Assembly: GCA_002331495.1 (NCBI GenBank)
Contig: DCYR01000003.1
Location: forward strand, 19,727 to 76,361
DNA: 56,635 nt
From: Patescibacteria group bacterium UBA2105
GTDB lineage: Bacteria > Patescibacteriota > Minisyncoccia > Phycocordibacterales > UBA2100
Direction of reading: 5' to 3'
Below the pieces are notes generated by a model, which worked only from the letters and a program-made list of their open reading frames with translations, was not told the DNA's origin and did no database searches. Position 1 is the stretch's first letter. Each line of letters opens with the position of its first letter. Positions 44,160 to 53,077 of this stretch are shown here, piece after piece. A program made the translations under genes and the position numbers.

Positions 44160-46313
44160 CTACTTTGCCACACTCACCGCCTCATCAAATTTAACCGACA
44201 AAAGTTTTGATATTCCGTCGCTTCCCATCGTAACCCCGTAGAGTTCGCCGGCTGCTTCCATAGTTTGACGATTGTGCGTAATGAGTATTAGCTGGCTGTG
44301 ATCGGAGAGTGCACGAACCATATCGGCGTACTTGCGAGAGTTCGCTTCGTCAAGTGCTGCATCGGTCTCGTCGAGAATAATAAACGGCGGGGGGTTCACT
44401 TGGCTCATCGCAAAGATAAGTGCGATCGACGTAAGCGCCCTCTCACCCCCCGAGAGCACGTCAAGCGAAGCGACTTTCTTACGCGGCAGTTGTACACGTA
44501 TCTCGATTCCCTCTTTTAATTCTTCGTCTTCCACCTCTTCCCCCTCTTCATTTCGTTTGGTGAATTTAATCGGTTCGAGTATTGCACTTCCGCCTTCAAA
44601 CAACATTTCGAAAAACTTTTGGAATTCAGAGTTAACCTTGTCGAGCCCCTCTCCAAATCTGGTCGACAGTTCGTGTTCAAGACTGTCTATTATCTCGAGT
44701 AGTGTATTCCTTGATTGCTCTAAATCGTTGACTTCACGCTCAAGAAATGAGTCGCGCTTTTTGGTCTCTTCAAATTCGTGAACTGTGTCTTCATCTACGA
44801 ATCCCGCCTCTTCTAGCCGAGCCTCGATACGCTCTATCTCCCGCAGCTGCTCAACCTGCTCGCCACGAGAACGAGTGGAGTCGACACTGTCAAAATTTGG
44901 ACTAACGCCGATGTCCTGCGCTTTGCGTTCTACTTCTTTTAGTTTGCTTTGCACGTCTAGGAGATTTCGAGCTTCTCTCTCAACATTCTCCAGTTTTATT
45001 TCTGCTTCACGTCTTTGTTCTTTGAGCTTGAAGTATCGTGCTTGTGCTTCCCGTTCCCGGTCTTGCTGCGTGGCAATGGCACCGAGCGCGTCTGAGCGCT
45101 GGATCAAAAGCGCGGCCTCCTCGCTTTCAAGAGCCGAAAGTGCTTCCCCCACTTCTTTTAGTTCCCTATCGAGAGATTCTGCCAATTCAGGATTTTCACC
45201 CTGTTTCTCTTCGGTTTCCTTAAATGATGAAATGAAGTCATCGATTCTTTCTAACAGCTCATTTACTAGCGAAACATCTCTTCTGCTCTTATGTATTCCC
45301 TCCTTTATTTCCTTCAAAAAACTCTCCACCTTCTCAAGCGGGATTGCCAACCCCCACTGCTGCTTGGGCGCATTCTTCCCATTACGAACTAATGCTATCT
45401 GCCCCTCTATGCGTCCACGTGCATGTTCGAGCTTGCTTTTCTCCTCCGCCGCCACACGCAGTCGCTCATCAACAACATTCAGTTCCTCGGTTTCCTTGGG
45501 TTCCGTAGTTTGCTTTTCCTCATTACCAAGCGCTGATGTGATTCGTTCGAGTTCTCCCTGCGGATGCACACGCGCAGTTTCGAGCCGGCGTGACTCCTCT
45601 CGCACGAAAGCTCGCTCGTGTGCGACGTATGTACTATAGGCTTCCTTTAGTTGTTCTTTAAGTTCGCGACTTCGCTCCAGCTTCTGCATCTGTTTCTCGA
45701 GGAATTTGAGGTGCGGCGCGATTTCGCGCCGAAGGCTTTTTACCTCCTTCATGTTTTCGGCTGTTTTCTCCAATTTTTTTTCGCTCTCAGCCTTTTTGTA
45801 TTGATACGTCTTGAGTCCAAGCGCATCTTCAATCATCGCGCGCCTCTCTCTCTCGGAAGCACCCAGAATCCTGTCAGCTTCGCCTTGCGAAATGATATGG
45901 TGGCTGTATGTACCAATGTTGGCTGTTGCCAGAAGCGATGTGATGTCCTTAAGACGAACCCTGCTGCCATTGATTGCGTACTCATTGGCACCATCTCGGT
46001 GTACTGTGCGTTCTATCACGACCTCGTCAAAGTCGATGTCCAGAAGGTGGTTTTTGTTATCAAATGCGACAGCAACGCGAGCCATATTTGCCCGCTGCGT
46101 GCGTTCGTTACCTGCCCAGATCATGTCCGGCCCGCGCTTGCCGCGCATCGCCTTCATCGATTGTTCACCCAACACAAAGCGAAACGCTTCGGCAACGTTA
46201 CTCTTGCCGGACCCATTTGGGCCAACTATTCCAGAGATGGGTGAAGTGAACTCGAGTGAGCTTTTCTTGGCGAATGACTTAAAACCGGAGAGTTCAATCG
46301 ATTTGAGATGCAT
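44160..46313 (-). CDS. smc: SMC-family chromosome-condensation ATPase, unusually short (717 aa) with no recognisable hinge
   Basis: The N-head reads LSGFKSFAKK...GPNGSGKSN...IISQGEADRIL. The C-head reads LSGGERALTSIALIFA...IILDETDAALD. About 400 aa of heptad-like Glu/Lys/Arg-rich sequence lie between them. It sits downstream of rnc, as in rnc-smc operons. Confidence 0.8.
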   Translation of the reverse strand: MHLKSIELSGFKSFAKKSSLEFTSPISGIVGPNGSGKSNVAEAFRFVLGEQSMKAMRGKRGPDMIWAGNERTQRANMARVAVAFDNKNHLLDIDFDEVVIERTVHRDGANEYAINGSRVRLKDITSLLATANIGTYSHHIISQGEADRILGASERERRAMIEDALGLKTYQYKKAESEKKLEKTAENMKEVKSLRREIAPHLKFLEKQMQKLERSRELKEQLKEAYSTYVAHERAFVREESRRLETARVHPQGELERITSALGNEEKQTTEPKETEELNVVDERLRVAAEEKSKLEHARGRIEGQIALVRNGKNAPKQQWGLAIPLEKVESFLKEIKEGIHKSRRDVSLVNELLERIDDFISSFKETEEKQGENPELAESLDRELKEVGEALSALESEEAALLIQRSDALGAIATQQDREREAQARYFKLKEQRREAEIKLENVEREARNLLDVQSKLKEVERKAQDIGVSPNFDSVDSTRSRGEQVEQLREIERIEARLEEAGFVDEDTVHEFEETKKRDSFLEREVNDLEQSRNTLLEIIDSLEHELSTRFGEGLDKVNSEFQKFFEMLFEGGSAILEPIKFTKRNEEGEEVEDEELKEGIEIRVQLPRKKVASLDVLSGGERALTSIALIFAMSQVNPPPFIILDETDAALDEANSRKYADMVRALSDHSQLILITHNRQTMEAAGELYGVTMGSDGISKLLSVKFDEAVSVAK

Positions 46314-46462
46314 GCCTTTTATTATATAGCAAAGTTCACTCTGCTAGAGCTACGAGTTTTGAGCGTAGAACAAGACACGAGAAAATTAAAAGAGCCACAT
46401 CGTGAATACGGAGAATGCACGTTTCCAAAGCGCAACAAAGTTATGTGCCAAAACTCAGGAAT

Positions 46463-47182
46463 CTAAACCCAGCCCTTTACTTCAAGTGCCTTCCGTGCTG
46501 CTTCCTGCTCGGCTTCTTGCTTTGAGCGACCTTCGCCTTGTGCTACCGCTTCCCCTTTGATTTTTGCAGCAGAAATAAACTTCTTGTCGTGATCTGGCCC
46601 AGCTTCTTGTACGAGCTCATACGAAGGAGTTGCCGAATATTCTTCCTGGGCTTTCTCCTGGAAGTAGCTCTTGGCATCCTGCCAGAGGCGTTTCTCTACA
46701 ATCTCGTCTATTTTTCCAAAGAGTGATTTTTCGATAAAGCGATTCGCCGCCTCGTAACCCTGATCCATATAGAGAGCACCAATGAATGCCTCAAAAGTAT
46801 TCGCAAGAATGTATTGGCGCGCGCGACCGGTATCCTTCGCTTCTCCACGACTGAGTAGCAAATAGTCATTCATGCCAAGCTGTGTTGCGGCAGCAGAAAT
46901 ACTTTGGGTATTTACTAAAGATGCACGAAAGGCCGTGAGTTCTCCTTCTGGCCGCTCGGGGTATTTGTGATAGAGGAAATCGGTGACAGCAAGCTCGAGC
47001 ACAGCATCCCCCAAGAACTCAAGGCGTTCGTTGTGCTCCTTTAGGAATCCTCGGTTCTCGTTCAAATACGACCGGTGTGTAAATGCCGTTTGTAACAACT
47101 GTTTGTCCTTGAACGAGAACCCTATCTGCTTTTCAAACTGTGCGAAGTCTTTCATATGCTCGTTCAACTTACCATTAATCAA
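46463..47182 (-). CDS. rnc: Ribonuclease III
   Basis: It has the NERLEFLGDAVL signature and a C-terminal dsRBD (SKQEAEQEAARKAL). Confidence 0.9.
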   Translation of the reverse strand: MINGKLNEHMKDFAQFEKQIGFSFKDKQLLQTAFTHRSYLNENRGFLKEHNERLEFLGDAVLELAVTDFLYHKYPERPEGELTAFRASLVNTQSISAAATQLGMNDYLLLSRGEAKDTGRARQYILANTFEAFIGALYMDQGYEAANRFIEKSLFGKIDEIVEKRLWQDAKSYFQEKAQEEYSATPSYELVQEAGPDHDKKFISAAKIKGEAVAQGEGRSKQEAEQEAARKALEVKGWV

Positions 47183-47184
47183 CT

Positions 47185-48078
47185 CTATATGCGATGCTGC
47201 GCCAAAATATTGACCGCACGTGTGACAACCGGCAAAATGTCGTCATAGAAATTCAGCTCCACAATATCTGCAAGCCTAAACCATTGCGCATCGTCAAGCC
47301 CTCCTTCACTCTTGAGCTCCAACTCGTCGAACGGAGCCCTGGCCAGATAATATCTTCCATGCCGCTTTTTCTTGCCTTCCTCTGGGTCTGAGGCTATGTA
47401 TGTGTTCTCTCCAAGTTCACTTTCGATATTTACGTCGAGACCCACTTCCTCTTTTACTTTCCGCTTGACTCCATCTTCAGGTTGCTCGCCCTCCTGGAGC
47501 TTGCCCTTGCAGAGAGTCCAGTGTCCGAATACATCATGCACTAGAGCAACATAGAGCACGCTCTCTTCTTCTGCGTATACCACGGCACCGACCATCTCTT
47601 CGACTCGAAGGTTTTGTTCATTATCCTTTTTCTTCTTTCTAGAATCATTCTTTCCCGGTTCCCCCATCTCTTTGTAGACGGCTCCCAACACTCCGTTTAC
47701 AAACCTGCCTGAGGATTCTCCCCCAAACTCCTTACCCAGTTCAATGGCTTCGTTGATCGCAACCTTGGGCGGTACCTGAGTACGGTCCGCATACAAAAGT
47801 TCCGCTAGACCCATTCGTAAGATATTTCGGTCAACCATTGCTATTTTTTCAAGAGGCCATTCAGGTGCCGCCTTAATTATGATTGAATCAATCTCCGGCT
47901 GCTTGGCAAGCACGGTGTCGAGCAACTGCTTCATGAACGGATACAAATTCGAGTTTGGAGCAAACTCATTCGCATTATTTTGGAGTACATCGTCGGCGCG
48001 AGTGCGGTCGAGTCCTTCCGAGTCAATCTCGAAGAGTGTCTGAAGAACTACGGATCGTGCGGTGTGACGATTTGACAT
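47185..48078 (-). CDS. nusB: NusB antitermination factor fused to a C-terminal Nudix hydrolase domain
   Basis: The N-terminal half reads ARSVVLQTLFEID...VDRNILRMGLAELLY...INEAIELGKEFGGESSGRFVNGVLG. The C-terminal half has the Nudix box GKLQEGEQPEDGVKRKVKEEVG. Confidence 0.75.
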   Translation of the reverse strand: MSNRHTARSVVLQTLFEIDSEGLDRTRADDVLQNNANEFAPNSNLYPFMKQLLDTVLAKQPEIDSIIIKAAPEWPLEKIAMVDRNILRMGLAELLYADRTQVPPKVAINEAIELGKEFGGESSGRFVNGVLGAVYKEMGEPGKNDSRKKKKDNEQNLRVEEMVGAVVYAEEESVLYVALVHDVFGHWTLCKGKLQEGEQPEDGVKRKVKEEVGLDVNIESELGENTYIASDPEEGKKKRHGRYYLARAPFDELELKSEGGLDDAQWFRLADIVELNFYDDILPVVTRAVNILAQHRI

Positions 48079-48150
48079 AAGAACAGGTTACGTACAGTTT
48101 AGCATGCGACAAATAGCAAAATACACACCGAGGGTGTGTATTGCCTGAGT

Positions 48151-48468
48151 TTATTTCTCTTCCTTGGCTGCTTTTTTCTTAGTTTCTTTTTTCTCAGCTT
48201 TTGCTTCTTCTTCCTTCTCTTGTGCTTCTGCTTGTGGGTCCTCCCCCATAGCCTTGAGACGTTCCTCGCGGCGCACCATGCGCGCTGCCTTCTTTCCTGC
48301 AACGTCTACAACCTCACGTCCACGGTAGTTCCCACACTCTGGGCACATGCGGTGACGAAGGTGCTGTGCGCCACACTTCGCGCACTTCGAAAGACGCGGC
48401 TCCTTGAGCGCGTGGTGTGAACGGCGATTACCGGTATGTGAGCGGTTTACCCGCATTCGTACTGACAT
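48151..48468 (-). CDS. rpmF: 50S ribosomal protein L32 with a Lys/Glu-rich C-terminal tail
   Basis: It reads MSVRMRVNRSHTGNRRSHHAL...CAKCGAQHLRHRMCPECGNYRGREV. Confidence 0.85.
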   Translation of the reverse strand: MSVRMRVNRSHTGNRRSHHALKEPRLSKCAKCGAQHLRHRMCPECGNYRGREVVDVAGKKAARMVRREERLKAMGEDPQAEAQEKEEEAKAEKKETKKKAAKEEK

Positions 48469-48641
48469 GGCATTGAATGTTACTTTTCATTTCGAAATAT
48501 TTTCTGCTGCGAATCTTGCTTCCACACGATTTCATCTTTCATCTTCATCCATCGTAGCGCTGCTATGATGGGCTTGTCTTCAAGCGAACTCGCACGAATT
48601 CAATCTCCTTGCGGCGAAACTATTTCGTAACGCAAAGTGGA

Positions 48642-48668
48642 TTATACGTAAAAAGCTGCAAAAGGCAA
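48642..48668 (-). promoter_or_regulatory. Strong sigma-70-like promoter giving a ~170-nt rpmF leader
   Basis: The minus strand reads TTGCCT, a 15-nt spacer, then TATAAT. The + strand equivalents are AGGCAA at 48663-48668 and ATTATA at 48642-48647. Confidence 0.45.
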
Positions 48669-48684
48669 CGGTAGGCGCACCACA

Positions 48685-48725
48685 TAAATAAGAGAAAGCA
48701 CGGCTGCCGTTTCCAGCTGCCGTGC
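48685..48725 (-). terminator. Intrinsic terminator after the 105-aa ORF
   Basis: On the minus strand, GCACGGCAGC-TGGAAA-CGGCAGCCGTGC is followed by TTTCTCTTATTTAT. Confidence 0.65.
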
Positions 48726-48743
48726 GTTTTTATGGCTACACTC

Positions 48744-49061
48744 CTAATGTTCTTCATAGAAGAACAGTAAGATCTGCGCCTGCAATTCGGGAGAGGCTTC
48801 CCTCTCCCCCCGCAGAGACAAGCCTTTCTCGTCGAGCGTAAGCGCAACAAGGCTAATCATTCCCTTTAATTCTGAAACCGCGGGTTCGAAAAGTTCGTTG
48901 TGCCTACATTCACGCCCGCAAGGCTTTGACCCTGCAAGGGAATGTCGGCAAACTGCACATGTCATTCGCTCTACTTCACTTTGTTCTTCCCTCCCTGGTA
49001 AAAAACCGAGAAATATTTCGTGCAGAATCTCAACATTGAATCCGTCTTTATTATGGATCAT
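48744..49061 (-). CDS. Hypothetical Cys-containing protein (105 aa)
   Basis: The SD AAGGAGGG lies 12 nt before the ATG. The protein contains CAVCRHSLAGSKPCGRECRH. A terminator follows directly. Confidence 0.45.
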   Translation of the reverse strand: MIHNKDGFNVEILHEIFLGFLPGREEQSEVERMTCAVCRHSLAGSKPCGRECRHNELFEPAVSELKGMISLVALTLDEKGLSLRGEREASPELQAQILLFFYEEH

Positions 49062-49089
49062 GAGTCCCTCAGTCCCTCCTTGGCACTTT

Positions 49090-49135
49090 GATTCACCTCA
49101 TATATAACAATTGATCCACCTCATATATAACAATT
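49090..49135. repeat. Tandem 23-bp direct repeat (2 copies, 22/23 identical)
   Basis: GAT(T/C)CACCTCATATATAACAATT occurs at 49090-49112 and 49113-49135. It lies between the rnhB stop and the 105-aa ORF. Confidence 0.85.
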
Positions 49136-49735
49136 TTAGGATATCCGAGTCAAGAAACTTTTGCGATGCGAATCACATAAGCCAAACCTCCGTATCGCTT
49201 TGTAGTGCTCCCTTGTTCCGTATCCTTTGTGCCCATCAAATCCATACTCAGGGTGTTGAAAACTAAGTGTGCGCATCTTGTGGTCGCGCGAAACTTTCGC
49301 GACAACTGATGCCAACGCAATAAGCGGTTCTTTCTCATCACCCCTAATAATAGTTGCCTGATTAATGAAAGCAGCTGGGGCTCGGAGACCGCCATCGAGT
49401 AGCACCAACACTTCTTCCTTGCCGCACTCTCCGGGGATAACTCTACGCAGCGCTCTTGATATAGCCGTTGCAGTAGCGGCGGCTATACCCTCTCGGTCTA
49501 CTACACGGGGTCCTACCATCGAAACCACGTGGCGAAGTTCGTCATTTTTTCGAATCCACGAAAAGAGATTCTCGCGCTTCCCTACGGTCAACTTTTTGGA
49601 ATCTCGAATACCCTTTGCAAAATACTCATGCTCTATTGGCGTTTCCACTCGCGCAAGTACCGCCCCAACCACCAGCGGTCCCGCAACAGGGCCACGGCCT
49701 GCTTCATCAATACCAACTACATACTGCGCTCGCAC
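49136..49735 (-). CDS. rnhB: Ribonuclease HII
   Basis: VVGIDEAGRGPVAGPLVV, DSKKL and a GTG start. Confidence 0.85.
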   Translation of the reverse strand: MRAQYVVGIDEAGRGPVAGPLVVGAVLARVETPIEHEYFAKGIRDSKKLTVGKRENLFSWIRKNDELRHVVSMVGPRVVDREGIAAATATAISRALRRVIPGECGKEEVLVLLDGGLRAPAAFINQATIIRGDEKEPLIALASVVAKVSRDHKMRTLSFQHPEYGFDGHKGYGTREHYKAIRRFGLCDSHRKSFLTRIS

Positions 49736-49787
49736 AACTCAATTTTACCATGTGCCGCGACGTATATGTGCAGAATACTCACTTTGC

Positions 49788-49865
49788 TATACCCCCACAC
49801 CTGTTTTTCTAGCGTGCACGAAGTGCACGGCTTTGCCATTTTAGAAAAACAGGTGTGGGGGTATA
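49788..49865. repeat. Perfect 24-bp inverted repeat with a 30-nt loop, immediately upstream of dnaE
   Basis: The arms are TATACCCCCACACCTGTTTTTCTA (49788-49811) and TAGAAAAACAGGTGTGGGGGTATA (49842-49865). The loop itself contains GTGCAC-GAA-GTGCAC. Confidence 0.9.
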
Positions 49866-49877
49866 CTTAGCACCATC

Positions 49878-52800
49878 ATGAGTGCGGACTTCATACATCT
49901 TCACGTGCACAGCCATTTCTCGCTGCTTAACGCACTGCCTAAAATTCCTACGCTCGTTGAGGCTGCTAAAAAAGACGGTCAAACTGCGCTCGCGTTGACA
50001 GACGACGGCAACCTCTATGGTGCGATCGAATTTTATAAGACGTGCACGAACGAAGGGATCAAGCCAATTATTGGTGTCGACTTTTTTGTTGCTCCGCGCA
50101 CTCGCCATGACAAGGAACACCGCATCGACAACTACACATCGCGCCTCGTACTATTGGCCCAAAACAAAAAAGGGTATGACAACCTCATTAAATTGGTTAC
50201 GTACTCTTTTACCGAGGGTTTCTACTACCACCCGCGAGTTGACGAAGAACTTATAGAAAAGTACAGCGACGATCTCATTGCTATTCTACCTTCGTTTTCT
50301 GCGCCGACGTCGAAAGGGCTCCGTGATAACGATCACAGGAAAACCTCGGAGATCCTTGAGTGGTACAAAAAAGTGTTTGGTGACAATTTATACTTGGAAA
50401 TCACGCATCACCCCGAGATCGCCGATCACTCGGAGCTTCAAGAGAAAGTTGTAGAGCTCGGAAAGACCAACAATGTACCTCTTGTTGCCGCACACGACGT
50501 GTATTATATGAAGAAAGAAGATAACATCGCACGTGAGCTTGCGCGCAAAATCCAGAGCGGTACAACGCTCATGGGCGACGAAGTCGATCGCCCGGAAGAT
50601 TTTTCTTTCATCAACCAAAAAACTGCGCAAATGTATTTCAAAAAATATCCTGAAGCCCTTGAAAATTCTGTAAAAATAGCAGCGCAGTGCAACCTTGAAC
50701 TTACTCTCGGTGAGTGGATATTCCCTGAGTACCCAAAAGAGAAAGGAAAAACGTATAACCAAATGCTCCTTGAGGCTATCGAAAAAGGACTTGAAATGCG
50801 CGGACTTGAGAAAACTGACAAAATACAAAATCGTATCGACCACGAAATGAACATTATTTCCGACAAGAATTTTTCTCCCTACTTCTTGGTGGTTTCCGAC
50901 CTTCTTCTCAAAGCAAAGGAAATGGGTATCTACACGAACACGCGAGGTTCAGCTGCGGGTTCACTTATCTCCTACCTTACGGGAATTACCACAGTAAACC
51001 CTCTCGATTATAACCTTCCTTTTGAACGATTCCTTAACCCCGAGCGTCCTTCTGCTCCTGATATCGACATGGACATTGCCGACAATCGCCGCGATGACCT
51101 TATCGAATACGTGCGCGAAAAATATGGCATCGACCATGTAGCACAAATCGGTACCTTTGGAACAATGATGGCGCGCGCCGTGGTACGCGACGTTGCCCGC
51201 GCACTTGGGCACTCGTACAATGTCGGAGATCGCATAGCGAAGCTTATTCCGTTCGGAGCACAAGGATTTCCCATGACGATCGAACGCGCACTCGAGATGG
51301 AGCCAGAGCTCAAGCAAGCGTACAAAGAAGATTCTGAAACTAAGGAGATCATCGACCTTGCCAAAAAACTGGAAGGAAATGCTCGCCATATTGGCGTCCA
51401 CGCCGCTGGTGTGGTTATCGCGCCTCAGCCCGTTATTGAATACGCGCCTCTACAACCCGATCCTAGGGGCGGCAAAATGATCACACAGTACAACATGTAC
51501 TCTATCGCTGACGAGTACGGGGGAGTTGGCCTTCTGAAATTCGACTTCCTTGGCCTCAAAAACCTTGCGGTGCTTGCTGACTCCATTAAGCGTGTGAAGA
51601 AAATTCACGGAAAAGAGATCGACGCCGACAATATGCCACTTGATGACGAGAAAACGTTCAAAATGCTCTCGGACGGTCACACCATGGGCGTATTTCAAAT
51701 GGCAAGTGCCGGCATGACACGTTACTTGATGGAACTTAAACCTACGACCATTCATGACATCAACGCCATGGTGGCTTTGTATCGTCCGGGGCCGATGGAG
51801 TTTATCCCCGACTATATCGCACGAAAACGCGACCCCTCGAAGGTGAAATACATCGATTCGCGCATGGAGAAGTATCTTAAACCGACCTTTGGCATTCTCA
51901 TTTATCAAGATGACGTTATGTCAATCGCGGTTGAGCTTGCCGGGTACTCGTGGGGAGAAGCCGACAAGTTTCGTAAGGCCATGGGGAAAAAGATTCCCGA
52001 GTTGATGGCTGAGCAAAAGGACAAATTCTTTAGAGGTTGTCTTGAGGGAGGCATGAACGATAAAAGCGCTCAACAACTTTGGGATATGATCGAAACGTTT
52101 GCTGCGTACGGATTCAACAAGAGCCATTCGGTAAGTTACGGAAATCTTGCGTACAAGACAGCATACATGAAAGCAAACTACCCGCTCGAGTTTATGTCTT
52201 CTCTCCTCACTGCAGACTCTGGAAACATCGATACTATCTCGGAAATCATCGAAGAGTGTAAAGCCATGAACATCGAGATTCTACCGCCTGACGTAAACGA
52301 AAGTTACGAAGTATTTGCCGTAGTTCCAAATGAGCGACAGATTCGCTTTGGACTCGATTCCATTAAGAACTTCGGGACCAACGTGTCGCACCAGATTGTA
52401 GAAGAGCGCAAGGCAAACGGCCCGTACAAAGATATCACAGACTTTCTCGAGCGTGTGCGAAGCAGTGGAATGAACCGTCGAGGCCTTGAATCTCTCATTC
52501 AAAGCGGCGCACTTGATCGTTTTGCATCGCGCGGACGACTGCTTAAAAACATTGAAATCCTTCTGGAGTTTCAGAAGGAAATGAACAAAAAGCCCGAAGG
52601 GCAAGATTCCTTATTCGGCTTATCTGAAAGCTCGAGCGCGCTTACTCTTTTTGACGCAAAAGATGTGAGTCAAAAACAAAAACTTGCGTGGGAAAAAGAA
52701 CTTCTAGGTCTTTACGTTTCCGGCCACCCCCTAGAAGCATATGCAAAGAAACTTGAAGGAAGGCCGGGTATCAGCGACGTAAAAACAAAACAAAGAGAGG

Positions 52801-53045
52801 GGATGGTCACCGTGATCGCTGGTATCATTTCCGAAAACAAAACTATTTTGACAAAAAATGGAGAAAAGATGTCGTTTATTCGTATTGCCGATTTAGAGGA
52901 CTCCATCGAGGCGGTGGCATTTCCACGCGTACTAACCGAGCACGGCGAACTACTGGGGATCGACACGTGCGTATTGCTCAAGGGCCGTATCTCAAACCGC
53001 AATGACGAAAAAAGCTTCATCATTGAGGCGGTGCGTGCCCTGTAG
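49878..53045 (+). CDS. dnaE: DNA polymerase III alpha subunit
   Basis: The PHP domain starts FIHLHVHSHFSLL. It also has GVGLLKFDFLGLKNL and FNKSHSVSYG. Confidence 0.95.
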   Translation: MSADFIHLHVHSHFSLLNALPKIPTLVEAAKKDGQTALALTDDGNLYGAIEFYKTCTNEGIKPIIGVDFFVAPRTRHDKEHRIDNYTSRLVLLAQNKKGYDNLIKLVTYSFTEGFYYHPRVDEELIEKYSDDLIAILPSFSAPTSKGLRDNDHRKTSEILEWYKKVFGDNLYLEITHHPEIADHSELQEKVVELGKTNNVPLVAAHDVYYMKKEDNIARELARKIQSGTTLMGDEVDRPEDFSFINQKTAQMYFKKYPEALENSVKIAAQCNLELTLGEWIFPEYPKEKGKTYNQMLLEAIEKGLEMRGLEKTDKIQNRIDHEMNIISDKNFSPYFLVVSDLLLKAKEMGIYTNTRGSAAGSLISYLTGITTVNPLDYNLPFERFLNPERPSAPDIDMDIADNRRDDLIEYVREKYGIDHVAQIGTFGTMMARAVVRDVARALGHSYNVGDRIAKLIPFGAQGFPMTIERALEMEPELKQAYKEDSETKEIIDLAKKLEGNARHIGVHAAGVVIAPQPVIEYAPLQPDPRGGKMITQYNMYSIADEYGGVGLLKFDFLGLKNLAVLADSIKRVKKIHGKEIDADNMPLDDEKTFKMLSDGHTMGVFQMASAGMTRYLMELKPTTIHDINAMVALYRPGPMEFIPDYIARKRDPSKVKYIDSRMEKYLKPTFGILIYQDDVMSIAVELAGYSWGEADKFRKAMGKKIPELMAEQKDKFFRGCLEGGMNDKSAQQLWDMIETFAAYGFNKSHSVSYGNLAYKTAYMKANYPLEFMSSLLTADSGNIDTISEIIEECKAMNIEILPPDVNESYEVFAVVPNERQIRFGLDSIKNFGTNVSHQIVEERKANGPYKDITDFLERVRSSGMNRRGLESLIQSGALDRFASRGRLLKNIEILLEFQKEMNKKPEGQDSLFGLSESSSALTLFDAKDVSQKQKLAWEKELLGLYVSGHPLEAYAKKLEGRPGISDVKTKQREGMVTVIAGIISENKTILTKNGEKMSFIRIADLEDSIEAVAFPRVLTEHGELLGIDTCVLLKGRISNRNDEKSFIIEAVRAL

Positions 53046-53048
53046 TCG

Positions 53049-53077
53049 TTGACCTTAAAATTCTTGGGTGCTACTAT
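53049..53077 (+). promoter_or_regulatory. Promoter of the thrS leader
   Basis: TTGACC (53049-53054), a 17-nt spacer ending in TG, then TACTAT (53072-53077). Confidence 0.6.

Noticed and set aside
44332-45639. Ser-rich + strand ORFs (149 aa, 284 aa) inside smc, and similar ORFs inside rpoB, rpoC, copB and dnaG
   Set aside because: They are low-complexity antisense shadows of strongly supported genes.
44160-46313. The SMC-like ATPase as a Wadjet/JetC, RecN or other defence ATPase
   Set aside because: No JetABD-like partners are present. The head motifs are those of canonical SMC. The conserved rnc-smc gene order supports the housekeeping orthologue.
48868-48895. GCGGGTTCGAAAAG looks like a tRNA or tmRNA T-arm
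   Set aside because: There is no matching T-stem or acceptor stem, and no CCA context. It lies inside an ORF that has a good SD.
48483-49061. A single minus-strand frame links the 105-aa ORF to a C-terminal piece (LEDKPIIAALRWMKMK) that faintly resembles the YceD/DUF177 C-terminus, with three in-frame stops. This could be a decayed yceD.
   Set aside because: The open stretches between stops (33, 12 and 39 codons) are what random sequence gives. A strong terminator and a consensus promoter sit inside the region, and the resemblance to DUF177 is weak. It is kept only as a note within the rpmF-leader finding.
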